64,000 nucleotides of DNA. Origin: a candidate division WOR-3 bacterium. GTDB taxonomy: Bacteria; Hydrothermota; Hydrothermia; LBFQ01. The stretch is from the NCBI GenBank assembly GCA_039802605.1, contig JBDRWW010000001.1, positions 128,001 to 192,000 on the forward strand, given 5' to 3'. This document shows, in pieces, positions 46,674 through 56,163 of this stretch (positions are counted from its first letter, which is position 1; each line of letters opens with the position of its first letter). Position numbers and translations under genes: made by a program. The notes under the pieces are model-generated. The model worked only from the letters and a program-made list of their open reading frames with translations, searched no databases and was not told the DNA's origin.

Positions 46674-48386
46674 ATGCAAGCGGATTTTAAAAGGGTTCTT
46701 ATCGTCGGTGGGACGGGCCTGGTGGGAAGGGCGGTACTGAGGAAGGTTTATCCAAGGAGTAGGAGGGTTTATATTGTGGGTTTAACAAGAAGCGAGGTTG
46801 AGGAAACTTTACGGGAATTTGGTAAAATAAAAAAGGGTAGAGACGAGCACTTGGGGGAATACATTTATGCCGGTAAGGTTGTAGGGTTTTGGGGTGATAT
46901 ATTCCTCACCGTTTCGTTAAAGGATACCCCAAAGTGGAAGATTTTAGAAGACGAGGAATTGCGGATTCAGGCAATTGAGGAAAACCTGGGGTTTAAAGAT
47001 GTAAAAGAAAACTTTCTTTACAACCTTTTGGTTAGGTTAAAGCCGGAAATAGTTATAGATACGGTTAATACGGCTACGGCCGTTGCTTATAGGGATATCT
47101 TTTCCGCCGTAAGGGATGTTTATGAGTATATCAAAGGGGGAAATGGGGAATACGGTACACTAAAAGAGAAGGTTGAGAAACTCATGCTTTCCCTTTACAC
47201 TCCCCTTTTAATAAGGCATTTCTTCGTTTTGCGGGAGGGTTTGAGGAGATCGGGGGCAAAATTATACTTAAAGGTAGGAACAACGGGAACTGGGGGTATG
47301 GGATGGGATATACCCTACACCCATGGGGAGGAAAGGCCTTCAAGGGTCTTACTTTCAAAAACGGCAATGGCCGGGGCATCGAGTTTGCTTTATGTGATAC
47401 TATCGCGGGCAAACGATTCACCCGTAATAAAAGAGATTAAACCCGCAGCAGCCATTGGTTGGAAGGCAATAGATAACGGGGAAATTGTCAAAAGGGGGGA
47501 ACCAATAAGGATAAAGAAACCCGTAAAGGTTAGCCTTGAAGGTGGCAATATACCAAAATATGATTGCGAGGAAACCGGTGAGGTTTTAAGAACCGCCTTT
47601 ATAGATACCGGGGAAAACGGTTTGTTCTCCTTGGAAGAGTTTAGGAGTATAACCAATGTCGGGCAGATGGAAATGATAACCGCCGAGGATATAGCAGAGG
47701 TTGTTATGCTTGAAATTGAGGGAAAAGGGACGGGTAAGGATGTAGTGGGTGCGATAGAAAGCGCCCTTTTGGGACCATCTTACAGGGGAGGGGTTTTGAG
47801 GAGGGATGCCCTTGAATACCTTGAAAGGCTCTCAAAAAATGCCGAGTATCCGAGCGTAGCTTTTGAAATACTCGGACCTCCGAGATTATCAAAACTGCTA
47901 TTCGAGGCCTACATTTTGAGCCAAACATTTGAAACATACAATAGACTGGCAAATGCCGAACCCTTTGATATCTCCCAAAAAATGTGGGGATATTTGGAGA
48001 AAAATCCGAAAATTCTAAACTATATTACCTCCGTAGGCATAGGTGTTCTATCCCCCAATGGGGAACTATATTACACCGAAAACCTCAAAGTTCCGAAATT
48101 GCCCGTTGAAAACTTTAAGGAAAAGGATATTAAAAGGTGGGCAAAGGAGGGGTGGGTTGATACCACATACGATAACGCCAAACTTTGGAGGAATAGGGCT
48201 ATCGTGTTTATTGAAAATATATCGCAAAAGCAGAGGGGTCTTGTGAATGATAAGGCATCTTCCCTTTACGATAGGGTGGCTTTGAACCCCAAAGACCTGA
48301 AAGTGGATATGAGGATAATACCGGGGGATATAGTGGCCTTTATATTCATAAACGAGGACAAGGGTAAAAGGAGTAGGCCTTACTAA
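46674..48386 (+). CDS. Uncharacterised extended Rossmann-fold (SDR/KR-like) protein
   Basis: N-terminal VGGTGLVG; KVGTTGTGGMGWDIPYTHGEE, IDTGENG, FEILGPPRLSKLL blocks. Confidence 0.75.
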   Translation: MQADFKRVLIVGGTGLVGRAVLRKVYPRSRRVYIVGLTRSEVEETLREFGKIKKGRDEHLGEYIYAGKVVGFWGDIFLTVSLKDTPKWKILEDEELRIQAIEENLGFKDVKENFLYNLLVRLKPEIVIDTVNTATAVAYRDIFSAVRDVYEYIKGGNGEYGTLKEKVEKLMLSLYTPLLIRHFFVLREGLRRSGAKLYLKVGTTGTGGMGWDIPYTHGEERPSRVLLSKTAMAGASSLLYVILSRANDSPVIKEIKPAAAIGWKAIDNGEIVKRGEPIRIKKPVKVSLEGGNIPKYDCEETGEVLRTAFIDTGENGLFSLEEFRSITNVGQMEMITAEDIAEVVMLEIEGKGTGKDVVGAIESALLGPSYRGGVLRRDALEYLERLSKNAEYPSVAFEILGPPRLSKLLFEAYILSQTFETYNRLANAEPFDISQKMWGYLEKNPKILNYITSVGIGVLSPNGELYYTENLKVPKLPVENFKEKDIKRWAKEGWVDTTYDNAKLWRNRAIVFIENISQKQRGLVNDKASSLYDRVALNPKDLKVDMRIIPGDIVAFIFINEDKGKRSRPY

Positions 48387-48404
48387 GTTAAAGTTTTACC
48401 ACCT

Positions 48405-48433
48405 TATAATACCCGACTAAATCGGTCAGGATA
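48405..48433 (+). promoter_or_regulatory. sod -10 box with an overlapping IscR/Rrf2-type operator
   Basis: TATAAT at 48405, then ATACCCGACTAAATCGGTCAGGATA (21/25 match to the IscR type-1 consensus). Confidence 0.6.
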
Positions 48434-48448
48434 AAAAGGAGGTGAAAC

Positions 48449-49090
48449 ATGGCATTCAAGAAGTATGAAGCGATAAATTGGGATGAGGCAAACCCGAATA
48501 TATTTAAGTTGGAAGGCATATCCGAAAAGAGCGTTAGGGAGCATATAAAACTTTACAACGGATATGTCGCAAAGTATAACGAGGTTCAGGAGATGATAGA
48601 AAAACTATCAAAGGAAGAGCTGTCCAAGGCAAACCCCACATATAGCCTTATAAGGTCATTAAAAGTGGATTTAACTAGGGCCATAGGTGGGATAAAGAAC
48701 CACGAGATATACTTCTTCAACCTCGGGGGTAAGGGTGGAAAACCATCCGGTGACCTCTTAAAGCAGATAGAGAGGGATTTCGGATCCTACGAAAGGTTTG
48801 AGGATGAACTCAGGGCTACGGCTATGGCCGCAAGGGGTTGGGCTTGGGTTGCTTACGACTTCAACTTTGACAGGCTATTTATAGCCATAGGAGATGAGCA
48901 GAATACATACCCATTCTGGAACGCCTATGTTATCTTGGCCCTTGATGTGTTTGAGCACGCATTCTTTATGGATTACGGGACGGCAAAGGGTGGATACATA
49001 GACGCCTTTTTCAGGAATCTTAATTGGGACGATGTATCCCAAAGGTTTGAAAAGGCCTTAAAGTTGCGCGAGGCTTTGGGGCTAAGCTAA
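48449..49090 (+). CDS. sod: Fe/Mn superoxide dismutase
   Basis: EHIKLY.GYV, NHEIYF, GWAW, LDVFEHAF; AGGAGGTG SD. Confidence 0.92.
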   Translation: MAFKKYEAINWDEANPNIFKLEGISEKSVREHIKLYNGYVAKYNEVQEMIEKLSKEELSKANPTYSLIRSLKVDLTRAIGGIKNHEIYFFNLGGKGGKPSGDLLKQIERDFGSYERFEDELRATAMAARGWAWVAYDFNFDRLFIAIGDEQNTYPFWNAYVILALDVFEHAFFMDYGTAKGGYIDAFFRNLNWDDVSQRFEKALKLREALGLS

Positions 49091-49106
49091 ACCCCTCCTT
49101 TTTGTT

Positions 49107-49484
49107 ATGGGAGAGTGTTCAACCGTTCAACGGATAATGGAGGGAATAAAAGATTTGGGTGAATGGGGTGTTGTTGAGGAAATGCAGAGGTTGGGGTTGT
49201 TAATGATACCGGAAAATCATTGCAAGGGCGGGAGAATTATAAAAATTAGAAGGGTAAAGTACAAATGCAGCATATGCGGGTATGAATTCTCACCAAAACA
49301 AGGCTCACCATTTGAGGGTTTAAGAATCCCTTATTGGAAAATTTTGGCCTTTTATAAACTTTTCATTAGCGGCTTTAATTACAAAATGATCTCCCAAATC
49401 CTTAACCTCTCAAAACCCACAACTTTACGCCTTTTAAGGATTTTTAAAGGTTTGAACGAAAAAACTTACCGGGAAGCTCTGTAA
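49107..49484 (+). CDS. IS1595-transposase-like Zn-ribbon + HTH protein lacking the DDE domain
   Basis: YKCSICGYEFS..GSPFEGLRIP, then HTH ISQILNLSKPTT. Confidence 0.6.
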   Translation: MGECSTVQRIMEGIKDLGEWGVVEEMQRLGLLMIPENHCKGGRIIKIRRVKYKCSICGYEFSPKQGSPFEGLRIPYWKILAFYKLFISGFNYKMISQILNLSKPTTLRLLRIFKGLNEKTYREAL

Positions 49485-50472
49485 TATAACCCTTCACTTG
49501 GAGTTCCAATAGGATGTTGTAAATCCGATTTCCGAAATTTTCCACAATTTCGTCTATATGCCTTTCCTCGCGCAGAAATTCCAACAAATCGCTTTCGTAT
49601 TCGTTTAATATAGGTTTTGGCGTGTTATATATTAAGTTCCCTTCCTTTATCTCCGCTAGGAATTCACCGATGTCGTATAGGGGTTTTGCACCCTCGTATA
49701 TTAGTTTGTTTGAACCGAAATTCCGCAAGTCTTCCGGATCCCCGGGTATAGCCCATATATCCTTTCCCTGATCCAATGCCCATTTCGCGGTAATTATTGC
49801 CCCGGATTTTGCCGGGGATTGCCCTATAACCACAACATCGCTTAAAGCGCTTATAACCCTATTCCTCGCCGGAAAATTCCCCGGGTTTGGAGGAATGCCC
49901 AGGGGAAACTCGCTTAATATTAAACCGCCTTTTTTAACTATTTCGTTAAACATAGGTATGTTATCGCGGGGATACAACCCATTAAGACCACAACCCATAA
50001 CAACAACCGTCCTATTTATGCACCCTTTATGGGCTGCGGTATCTATACCCAATGCACCACCCGAAACAACGGTAAAGCCGTTTTCGCATAGGGCCTGCGA
50101 TAATTTATACACAAAGTTCTTCGCCGATACGGACGGATACCGTGTTCCAACTATGCCAACGGTTTTATGATTTAGAACATTAAGGTTTCCTTTGTAGTAT
50201 ATAACCTTGGGTAGGTTTTGAAAATCCCTTAACCTTTTGGGGAACTCGGGGTTCAAAAAGGTTATAAATTTTATCCCCTTTTCCCCCAACTTAACGATAT
50301 AATCCTTTACATACCCTAAATCCGGAATACGGGGGGAAATTGTATTTCTGTATTTATACGCCTCTTCAAACGAACCAAACCTGTTTAATATTTTCCCCAG
50401 TTTTACGGGCCCTATTCCATCCGCTAAATGAAAGGCTAATAGGTATATCTCTTCATTCGTCATCGTTTGCAT
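49444..50472 (-). CDS. dprA: DNA-processing protein DprA
   Basis: GIVGTR, VSGGALGID..AH, FPARNRVIS, SGAIITA; start at ATG 50472 (GGAGG SD) or 50463. Confidence 0.95.
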   Translation of the reverse strand: MQTMTNEEIYLLAFHLADGIGPVKLGKILNRFGSFEEAYKYRNTISPRIPDLGYVKDYIVKLGEKGIKFITFLNPEFPKRLRDFQNLPKVIYYKGNLNVLNHKTVGIVGTRYPSVSAKNFVYKLSQALCENGFTVVSGGALGIDTAAHKGCINRTVVVMGCGLNGLYPRDNIPMFNEIVKKGGLILSEFPLGIPPNPGNFPARNRVISALSDVVVIGQSPAKSGAIITAKWALDQGKDIWAIPGDPEDLRNFGSNKLIYEGAKPLYDIGEFLAEIKEGNLIYNTPKPILNEYESDLLEFLREERHIDEIVENFGNRIYNILLELQVKGYITELPGKFFRSNL

Positions 50473-50650
50473 TCCCTTTAACCTCCTCAGCACATTCAAG
50501 GCATACTGGGATTTCCTTATCCGGGGAACCCACAAATGTCCATGCCCCATCCAACCCCTTATACTCAAACCTATCAAAAACCAGTTTTCTACCGCAAAAG
50601 GCACACAAACCCTTTGTTTTCATGAAAATTTCCCATAAGGTCTTTATCAT
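50453..50650 (-). CDS. Small Cys4 zinc-binding, HNH-like protein
   Basis: CAFC...GAW...CLEC; TAAAAT 8 nt upstream; overlaps the dprA start. Confidence 0.7.
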   Translation of the reverse strand: MIKTLWEIFMKTKGLCAFCGRKLVFDRFEYKGLDGAWTFVGSPDKEIPVCLECAEEVKGNANDDE

Positions 50651-50705
50651 AGATGAAAATTTTAAGGTTTACCTCTTTTATTTTCAACAGGGGTAAAATA
50701 CCCGT

Positions 50706-51059
50706 ATGCATGTAAAGGAATTCTGGCATGAGAGGGAAAAACTCAACGAAATGGTATTAAAAGAGGGGAATTTATATACAAGGCGGTTCTTTGCCCTTGA
50801 TAACGATGTATATAAAGAAGGGGCTATACCGAAAAAGTATAAGGAGATGATGGGTTTGGTGGCATCGTTGGTTTTGAGGTGTGATGATTGTATAACATAT
50901 CACATAATTCAATGCGTCAATGAGGGGATTACAAAGGAGGAGTTTTACGAGTTGATAAACATCGCCTTGGTCGTAGGTGGCTCCATAACAATACCCCATG
51001 TTAGAAGGGCGGTAAAGACCTTTAACGAGTTGCTTGAAAACGAAACTCCACCCTTATAA
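50706..51059 (+). CDS. Carboxymuconolactone decarboxylase/AhpD-like protein
   Basis: KEMMGLVAS..LRCDDCITYH, VVGGSITIPH. Confidence 0.9.
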   Translation: MHVKEFWHEREKLNEMVLKEGNLYTRRFFALDNDVYKEGAIPKKYKEMMGLVASLVLRCDDCITYHIIQCVNEGITKEEFYELINIALVVGGSITIPHVRRAVKTFNELLENETPPL

Positions 51060-51068
51060 TAATCGGTA

Positions 51069-53087
51069 ATGATCGGGATTTTAATAGCATCATCTCTGGT
51101 TAGGATATACGCACCTTTAAAGGAGGTTGAGAGGCTCCCCATAAAGGATTTGGATATTGCCGGGTTTTCCGCAAGGGGTGAATGGACGGATATACATGTA
51201 AAGGATCTTGGGGAGTTAAAGTTTTTAAAAGAAGCGGGTTTTAGGTATGAGGTAATTATCCCGGATGTTGATAGTTATATATCAACCGTAGCATGGGCGT
51301 ATCACAATACAAACGATGTTTATACCCTCCTCGTGAATTACAAAAACTCCTATCCTTCAATAACGAAACTTGATACTCTTGGTTTCTCCTGGGAGGGAAG
51401 GCCGATAGTGGCCATTAGGATAACGGACAATCCAAACACAAACGAAGGGGAGCCGGGAGTCTTGGTTATGGGAACACATCACGCCCGGGAATGGCCGGCC
51501 CTTGAAATACCCCTGTTTTTCATAGACACACTTTTAAGGGGATACGGTAGCGACCCGTTTATAACAAACGCCATAAACAACCTTGACATATGGATTATCC
51601 CCTTGGTTAATCCGGATGGGCATAACTATTCAAGAACCGTTTATTCAATGTGGAGGAAGAATAGGAGATATTTCCCATCGTTTGGGACATATGGGGTTGA
51701 TTTAAACAGGAATTACGGCGGTTCTGCGGATGGGAATCCAGGGGGTGAATGGTGTACCCCTACACCCGGGACATCAAATTATCCAAACTCCGATACATAT
51801 TGCGGCCCCGAAATTTTCAGCGAACCCGAAATTAAGGCGGTTTTAAACCTCTTGGATTCCGTTGATATAGTCGCTTCAATATCCTATCATACTTATACCG
51901 GTGCGGTCCTATACCCTTGGGGATATACCACAAACCCCACTCCGGATAACACATACCTATCAAATATAGCATCGGATATGGCATCCCAAATGGTTACGGA
52001 AAATAACAACCCATATGTTGCCATACAGGCCCCACAAATAGGTTATACCGCTACGGCGGATTCGGATGATTGGATTTACGGTTATTCCCTTTTCGTTAAG
52101 GGCTATCCCACATTGGCCTTTACCGTTGAAGCCTGTGAGAGTTTTCAACCCTCCGCATCCCTTTTGGATCAGATAGTTAGGGAAAACTACAAGGGTTTTA
52201 AGGTTATATTACAGAACGCCCCAAACATAAGATCAAATATGATACCATATCCGATAATATCCCAAATCCTCGTTCCCGATACCGTTTCTTCACCCTTTAA
52301 TATAAACATAAGCCTTAAAAACCCCATATCGTCACCAACAAAGTATGCCTTGAAGTATTATACCGGTTATTCCTATTCAACGGATGGGGCGGAAGGCGGT
52401 CTAGGTTTGTGGAATTATAACGGTTTTACAACATCGTCCACAAGGGCGCATTCCGGAACATACTCTTTTAGGGCAAATTACGGCAACAATGTGGCATACC
52501 ATATGACCACAAAATACCCGTATTATGTAAAACCCGGGGATAGTTTAACATTTTGGACATGGTACGATATAGAGGAAAACTACGACGCGGCCTTTGTTGA
52601 AATATCCGAAGATGGCAGGTATTTCTATCCTTTGGAGAAGATAACGGGTACCTCTACGGGATGGGTTAGGAAATCCTATTCCTTGCACCCTTGGGTTGGA
52701 AAGTGGATTTATATTAGGTTTAGGTTTGCCACAGATGGTTCGGTAACCGCAAATGGTTTTTATGTTGATGACATAAACCCGGTTCCATCCTTTTCATCGC
52801 AAGTTGTTGTGGATACAAACATAACATCCTTGCCCTATACCCTATCCCTTCCAAACGGAGAATATTATTTTTCCGCAAGGGGATACAATTCCGCCAAGGG
52901 TTGGGGTGATTGGAGCATGCCCAAAAAGGTGGTAGTTGTACCCGCAACTTATATAAGCGAAAAGGACAGCAAAGGCCCCGAAAGCGGGATTATATACGAT
53001 ATAACCGGGAGGAAGGTTGAAAAAACGACAAAAGGGGTGTATTTTATCGTAAAAGGGGGCAGGGTTGAGAAAATTATAAAGAGATGA
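51069..53087 (+). CDS. M14 zinc carboxypeptidase with jelly-roll domain and T9SS-like CTD
   Basis: HHAREW, NPDG, WRKNR, GVDLNRN, YHTY; WYDIEENYD; C-terminal IYDITGRKV..GVYF. Confidence 0.92.
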   Translation: MIGILIASSLVRIYAPLKEVERLPIKDLDIAGFSARGEWTDIHVKDLGELKFLKEAGFRYEVIIPDVDSYISTVAWAYHNTNDVYTLLVNYKNSYPSITKLDTLGFSWEGRPIVAIRITDNPNTNEGEPGVLVMGTHHAREWPALEIPLFFIDTLLRGYGSDPFITNAINNLDIWIIPLVNPDGHNYSRTVYSMWRKNRRYFPSFGTYGVDLNRNYGGSADGNPGGEWCTPTPGTSNYPNSDTYCGPEIFSEPEIKAVLNLLDSVDIVASISYHTYTGAVLYPWGYTTNPTPDNTYLSNIASDMASQMVTENNNPYVAIQAPQIGYTATADSDDWIYGYSLFVKGYPTLAFTVEACESFQPSASLLDQIVRENYKGFKVILQNAPNIRSNMIPYPIISQILVPDTVSSPFNINISLKNPISSPTKYALKYYTGYSYSTDGAEGGLGLWNYNGFTTSSTRAHSGTYSFRANYGNNVAYHMTTKYPYYVKPGDSLTFWTWYDIEENYDAAFVEISEDGRYFYPLEKITGTSTGWVRKSYSLHPWVGKWIYIRFRFATDGSVTANGFYVDDINPVPSFSSQVVVDTNITSLPYTLSLPNGEYYFSARGYNSAKGWGDWSMPKKVVVVPATYISEKDSKGPESGIIYDITGRKVEKTTKGVYFIVKGGRVEKIIKR

Positions 53088-54142
53088 TATTATTACTCCT
53101 TGCGGATACCGATTACAAGGCCGAGCTTGAAAGGATAAAGAGGAGGATAGAGCGTATAACCGAGGAAATAAATTTTTTAAAACAGAGGGAAGAGGAAACG
53201 GTTAAAAGGGTGGGGCTTCTGGAAAACAAGATATACCTTTTGGAAAACTACCTTTACAAACTACGCCTTCAAGAAAACAATTTAAAACTCAGGTTAAAAT
53301 CCACGGAAGTTCGCCTAAGGGAATTGGAAGAGGAAAAGGGAATAATATTGAAGAAACTAAAAAAGGGGATAAACCTTTTGTACCTTTTGCCTAAGCCCAC
53401 CCTTTGGGAGTTTATATTCAATCCCGAAAAGGCCTATGCTTACTATGAAAGGGCGGTTATCACGGAATCCCTAATTTATGCTTATCGGAATTCGGCAAGG
53501 GAAATAGAGGGTTTTGAAAGGGAATATACCCTTTTAAGGGAGAGGAGGAAGGCTTTGCTTGAAGATATTAGAAAAAACATCAGCGAACAAGAGCAAGCAC
53601 TCTCAGAATTGAAATCCTCAAAGGAGGAGCTGTCACGGGAAATTGAAAGTATTAGAAAGAGTAAGGCCCAAAAGGAGGCATATCTTTCCGAATTGCGGGA
53701 AAAGGAGAAAAGACTGGAAAAAATCATAAAAGAACTCGCAAAAAAGAAGGAGAAGAAAAAAGAGGATATTTACGGGGGTAAAACCCTAACTTGGCCTTTA
53801 AGGGGTAGGATTGTGGGCGAATTTGGTTATTATACCGATCCGAGGTATGGGGTTAGGATAAAGAGCAACGGAATAAGGATTTCCGCACCCACGGGTAGCG
53901 ATGTTTATGCTTCGGCGGATGGGAAAGTTGTATATTCGGGATATTTGGAGGGTTATGGAAATGTTGTAATAATTGAAAGCGGAGGGTTGTATTTGATTTA
54001 TGGGAACTTAATGGATATACTCGTTGGGGTGGATAAGATCGTAAAGGCTGGTATGAAAATAGGAACCGTTGGGAGCAAACCTTTGTACTTTGAGGTTAGG
54101 GAGGGAACCAAGCCCGTTGATCCTCTAAAATATCTACCATGA
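53084..54142 (+). CDS. envC: EnvC-like coiled-coil + degenerate M23 murein hydrolase activator
   Basis: Long coiled coil, WPLRG, NGIRI, GYGNVVII, LYFEVR (metal ligands lost). Confidence 0.8.
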   Translation: MILLLLADTDYKAELERIKRRIERITEEINFLKQREEETVKRVGLLENKIYLLENYLYKLRLQENNLKLRLKSTEVRLRELEEEKGIILKKLKKGINLLYLLPKPTLWEFIFNPEKAYAYYERAVITESLIYAYRNSAREIEGFEREYTLLRERRKALLEDIRKNISEQEQALSELKSSKEELSREIESIRKSKAQKEAYLSELREKEKRLEKIIKELAKKKEKKKEDIYGGKTLTWPLRGRIVGEFGYYTDPRYGVRIKSNGIRISAPTGSDVYASADGKVVYSGYLEGYGNVVIIESGGLYLIYGNLMDILVGVDKIVKAGMKIGTVGSKPLYFEVREGTKPVDPLKYLP

Positions 54143-56163
54143 AGGGGGTTTTTTATAAAATATCCGAAAGAAAGGTTGTTGTTGAGGATGTTCCGCCTCC
54201 AAAGTTTAAAAAAGGTGGCGTTTTGATAAAAACCCTGTATTCCGCGATAAGTCCTGGAACGGAGGGTGCAACGGTCTCTTTGGTAAAAGGGGGGCCTTTA
54301 AAGATTTTAAAAGAGAGAAAAGAGCAGGTTTTGGATATTTTGAGGGTTTTTAAGGATTACGGTCCAATTTTTTTGATAAACAAGATAAGGTCAAGGGCGG
54401 AAATGCTCACACCTTTGGGTTACAGCCTTTGCGGGGAGGTTATAGAGGGTTGGGGGGATATTAAAAAGGGGGAACTTGTGGTGGCTGTTGGGGGGGAATT
54501 CGCAAACCACTGTGAAATTGTATGGGTTCCGGAAAATCTGGTTGTCAAAGCCAACAGGAGGGATAAGGCCAAAGAGTTGAGCTTTGGCGCTTTAATTTCC
54601 ATAGCCGTACACTCAATAAGGAGGTCGGGTATATCGGGTGGGGAGAGGGCATTGGTAATTGGAATGGGTATAATAGGGCATTTAATAGCGAGGATTTTAA
54701 GGGTTTGGGATGTTGAGGTTTGGGGGATGGATAAAGACGATTATAGGTTAAAGTTTGCCGAAGGTTATGGTATAAATGTGGTTAGCGGAAAACCTCCCGA
54801 GGATTATTTTGATGTTGCATTTATTACCGCACCGGACAAAAGCGGAGAGGTTGTGAATATTGCGGGGAAATCACTTAGGGATAGGGGGAGGGTTGTGGCT
54901 GTTGCCGATGCAAACTTTTCATTTGATTGGAAAACCTATTATTACAAGGAATTGGAGATTTTGGTTAGTAGGTCTTATGGCCCGGGGAGGTATGACCCGG
55001 AATACGAGGTTGGGGGTAGAGACTATCCCATAGGCTATGTTAGGTGGACGGAAAAGAGGAATTTGGAATATGCGGTTAAACTGGTGGAATCGGAAAGGTT
55101 AAAGATAGAAGACCTTATAACGCACGAGTTCCCAATAGATAAAGCCCCGGATGCTTACGACCTGATAACGCATAAAAGGGATAAGTTTTTGGGAATAGTG
55201 ATAAAATATCCATCCACCGAAATACCTCAAAAAAGGGTTTATATATCAAAAGGTATAAGGAAGGAAAGGGGAAAAATAGGGGTCGGTTTCGTAGGTGCCG
55301 GGAGTTATGCGCAAGGTTTTTTAATCCCAGAGGTTAAGGGGTTAAAGGATGTTCAACTGATAGGTGTGGCGACATCTAAGGGTAATACCGCAAAATCCAT
55401 ATCCCAGATTTTTGGATTCCCCGTATATACCACGGATTATAAAGAACTTTTGAAGATGGAGGAGGTTGATGTTATATTTATAGCAACAACGCATTCAACC
55501 CATGCAAAGATAACCTTGGAGGCATTAAAAATGGGCAAGGCGGTATTCGTAGAAAAACCATTGGCGATAACTATGGAGGAATTATCGGAAATAGAAAGCT
55601 TTCTTTCGGAAAAAGGTGGTTATTTAACCGTCGGTTTTAACAGGAGGTTTTCACCGCACACGCGATTTTTGAAAAGTTTTTTAAACCATCCCTTCCAATT
55701 AAACTACCTCGTTGATGCGGGTATGATAAAAAAGGAACATTGGATTTATAGGGAGGGGGGGAGGGTTTTGGGAGAAGCCATCCATTTTGTTGATTATGCG
55801 ATTTTCCTATCGGATGGTAAAGAGCCGGTGGTTCATATATCAAACAGTGGGGATGGTGCAGTTATAGTCTTGGCTTGGGGTGATAGTGTTGCCACCATAA
55901 CATACGGAACATTTGGGGGCAAGATGAGAAAAGAGGAAATAACATTAATGTGTTCCGGTAAAACTGTTAGGATAGAGGATTTCAGGGTTTCTTATACGGA
56001 TAAGGAAAAGTTTAAAACACCCTTTATTGACAAAGGCCAGAGGGAATTGATAAGGGCTTTCTTTGAAGGTTTGGAAAGTGGAAAACCCCCCATACCCTAC
56101 GAACAGATATTCTTATCCCATAAAGTTTTAATCCCTCATTCCTCCCAAAACCATATTTTATAA
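54139..56163 (+). CDS. Bi-domain oxidoreductase (Zn-ADH-like + Gfo/Idh/MocA)
   Basis: ISPGTE, SRSYGPGRYD, RWTEKRN; GAGSYA, VEKPLA, VGFNRRFSP. Confidence 0.9.
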   Translation: MKGVFYKISERKVVVEDVPPPKFKKGGVLIKTLYSAISPGTEGATVSLVKGGPLKILKERKEQVLDILRVFKDYGPIFLINKIRSRAEMLTPLGYSLCGEVIEGWGDIKKGELVVAVGGEFANHCEIVWVPENLVVKANRRDKAKELSFGALISIAVHSIRRSGISGGERALVIGMGIIGHLIARILRVWDVEVWGMDKDDYRLKFAEGYGINVVSGKPPEDYFDVAFITAPDKSGEVVNIAGKSLRDRGRVVAVADANFSFDWKTYYYKELEILVSRSYGPGRYDPEYEVGGRDYPIGYVRWTEKRNLEYAVKLVESERLKIEDLITHEFPIDKAPDAYDLITHKRDKFLGIVIKYPSTEIPQKRVYISKGIRKERGKIGVGFVGAGSYAQGFLIPEVKGLKDVQLIGVATSKGNTAKSISQIFGFPVYTTDYKELLKMEEVDVIFIATTHSTHAKITLEALKMGKAVFVEKPLAITMEELSEIESFLSEKGGYLTVGFNRRFSPHTRFLKSFLNHPFQLNYLVDAGMIKKEHWIYREGGRVLGEAIHFVDYAIFLSDGKEPVVHISNSGDGAVIVLAWGDSVATITYGTFGGKMRKEEITLMCSGKTVRIEDFRVSYTDKEKFKTPFIDKGQRELIRAFFEGLESGKPPIPYEQIFLSHKVLIPHSSQNHIL

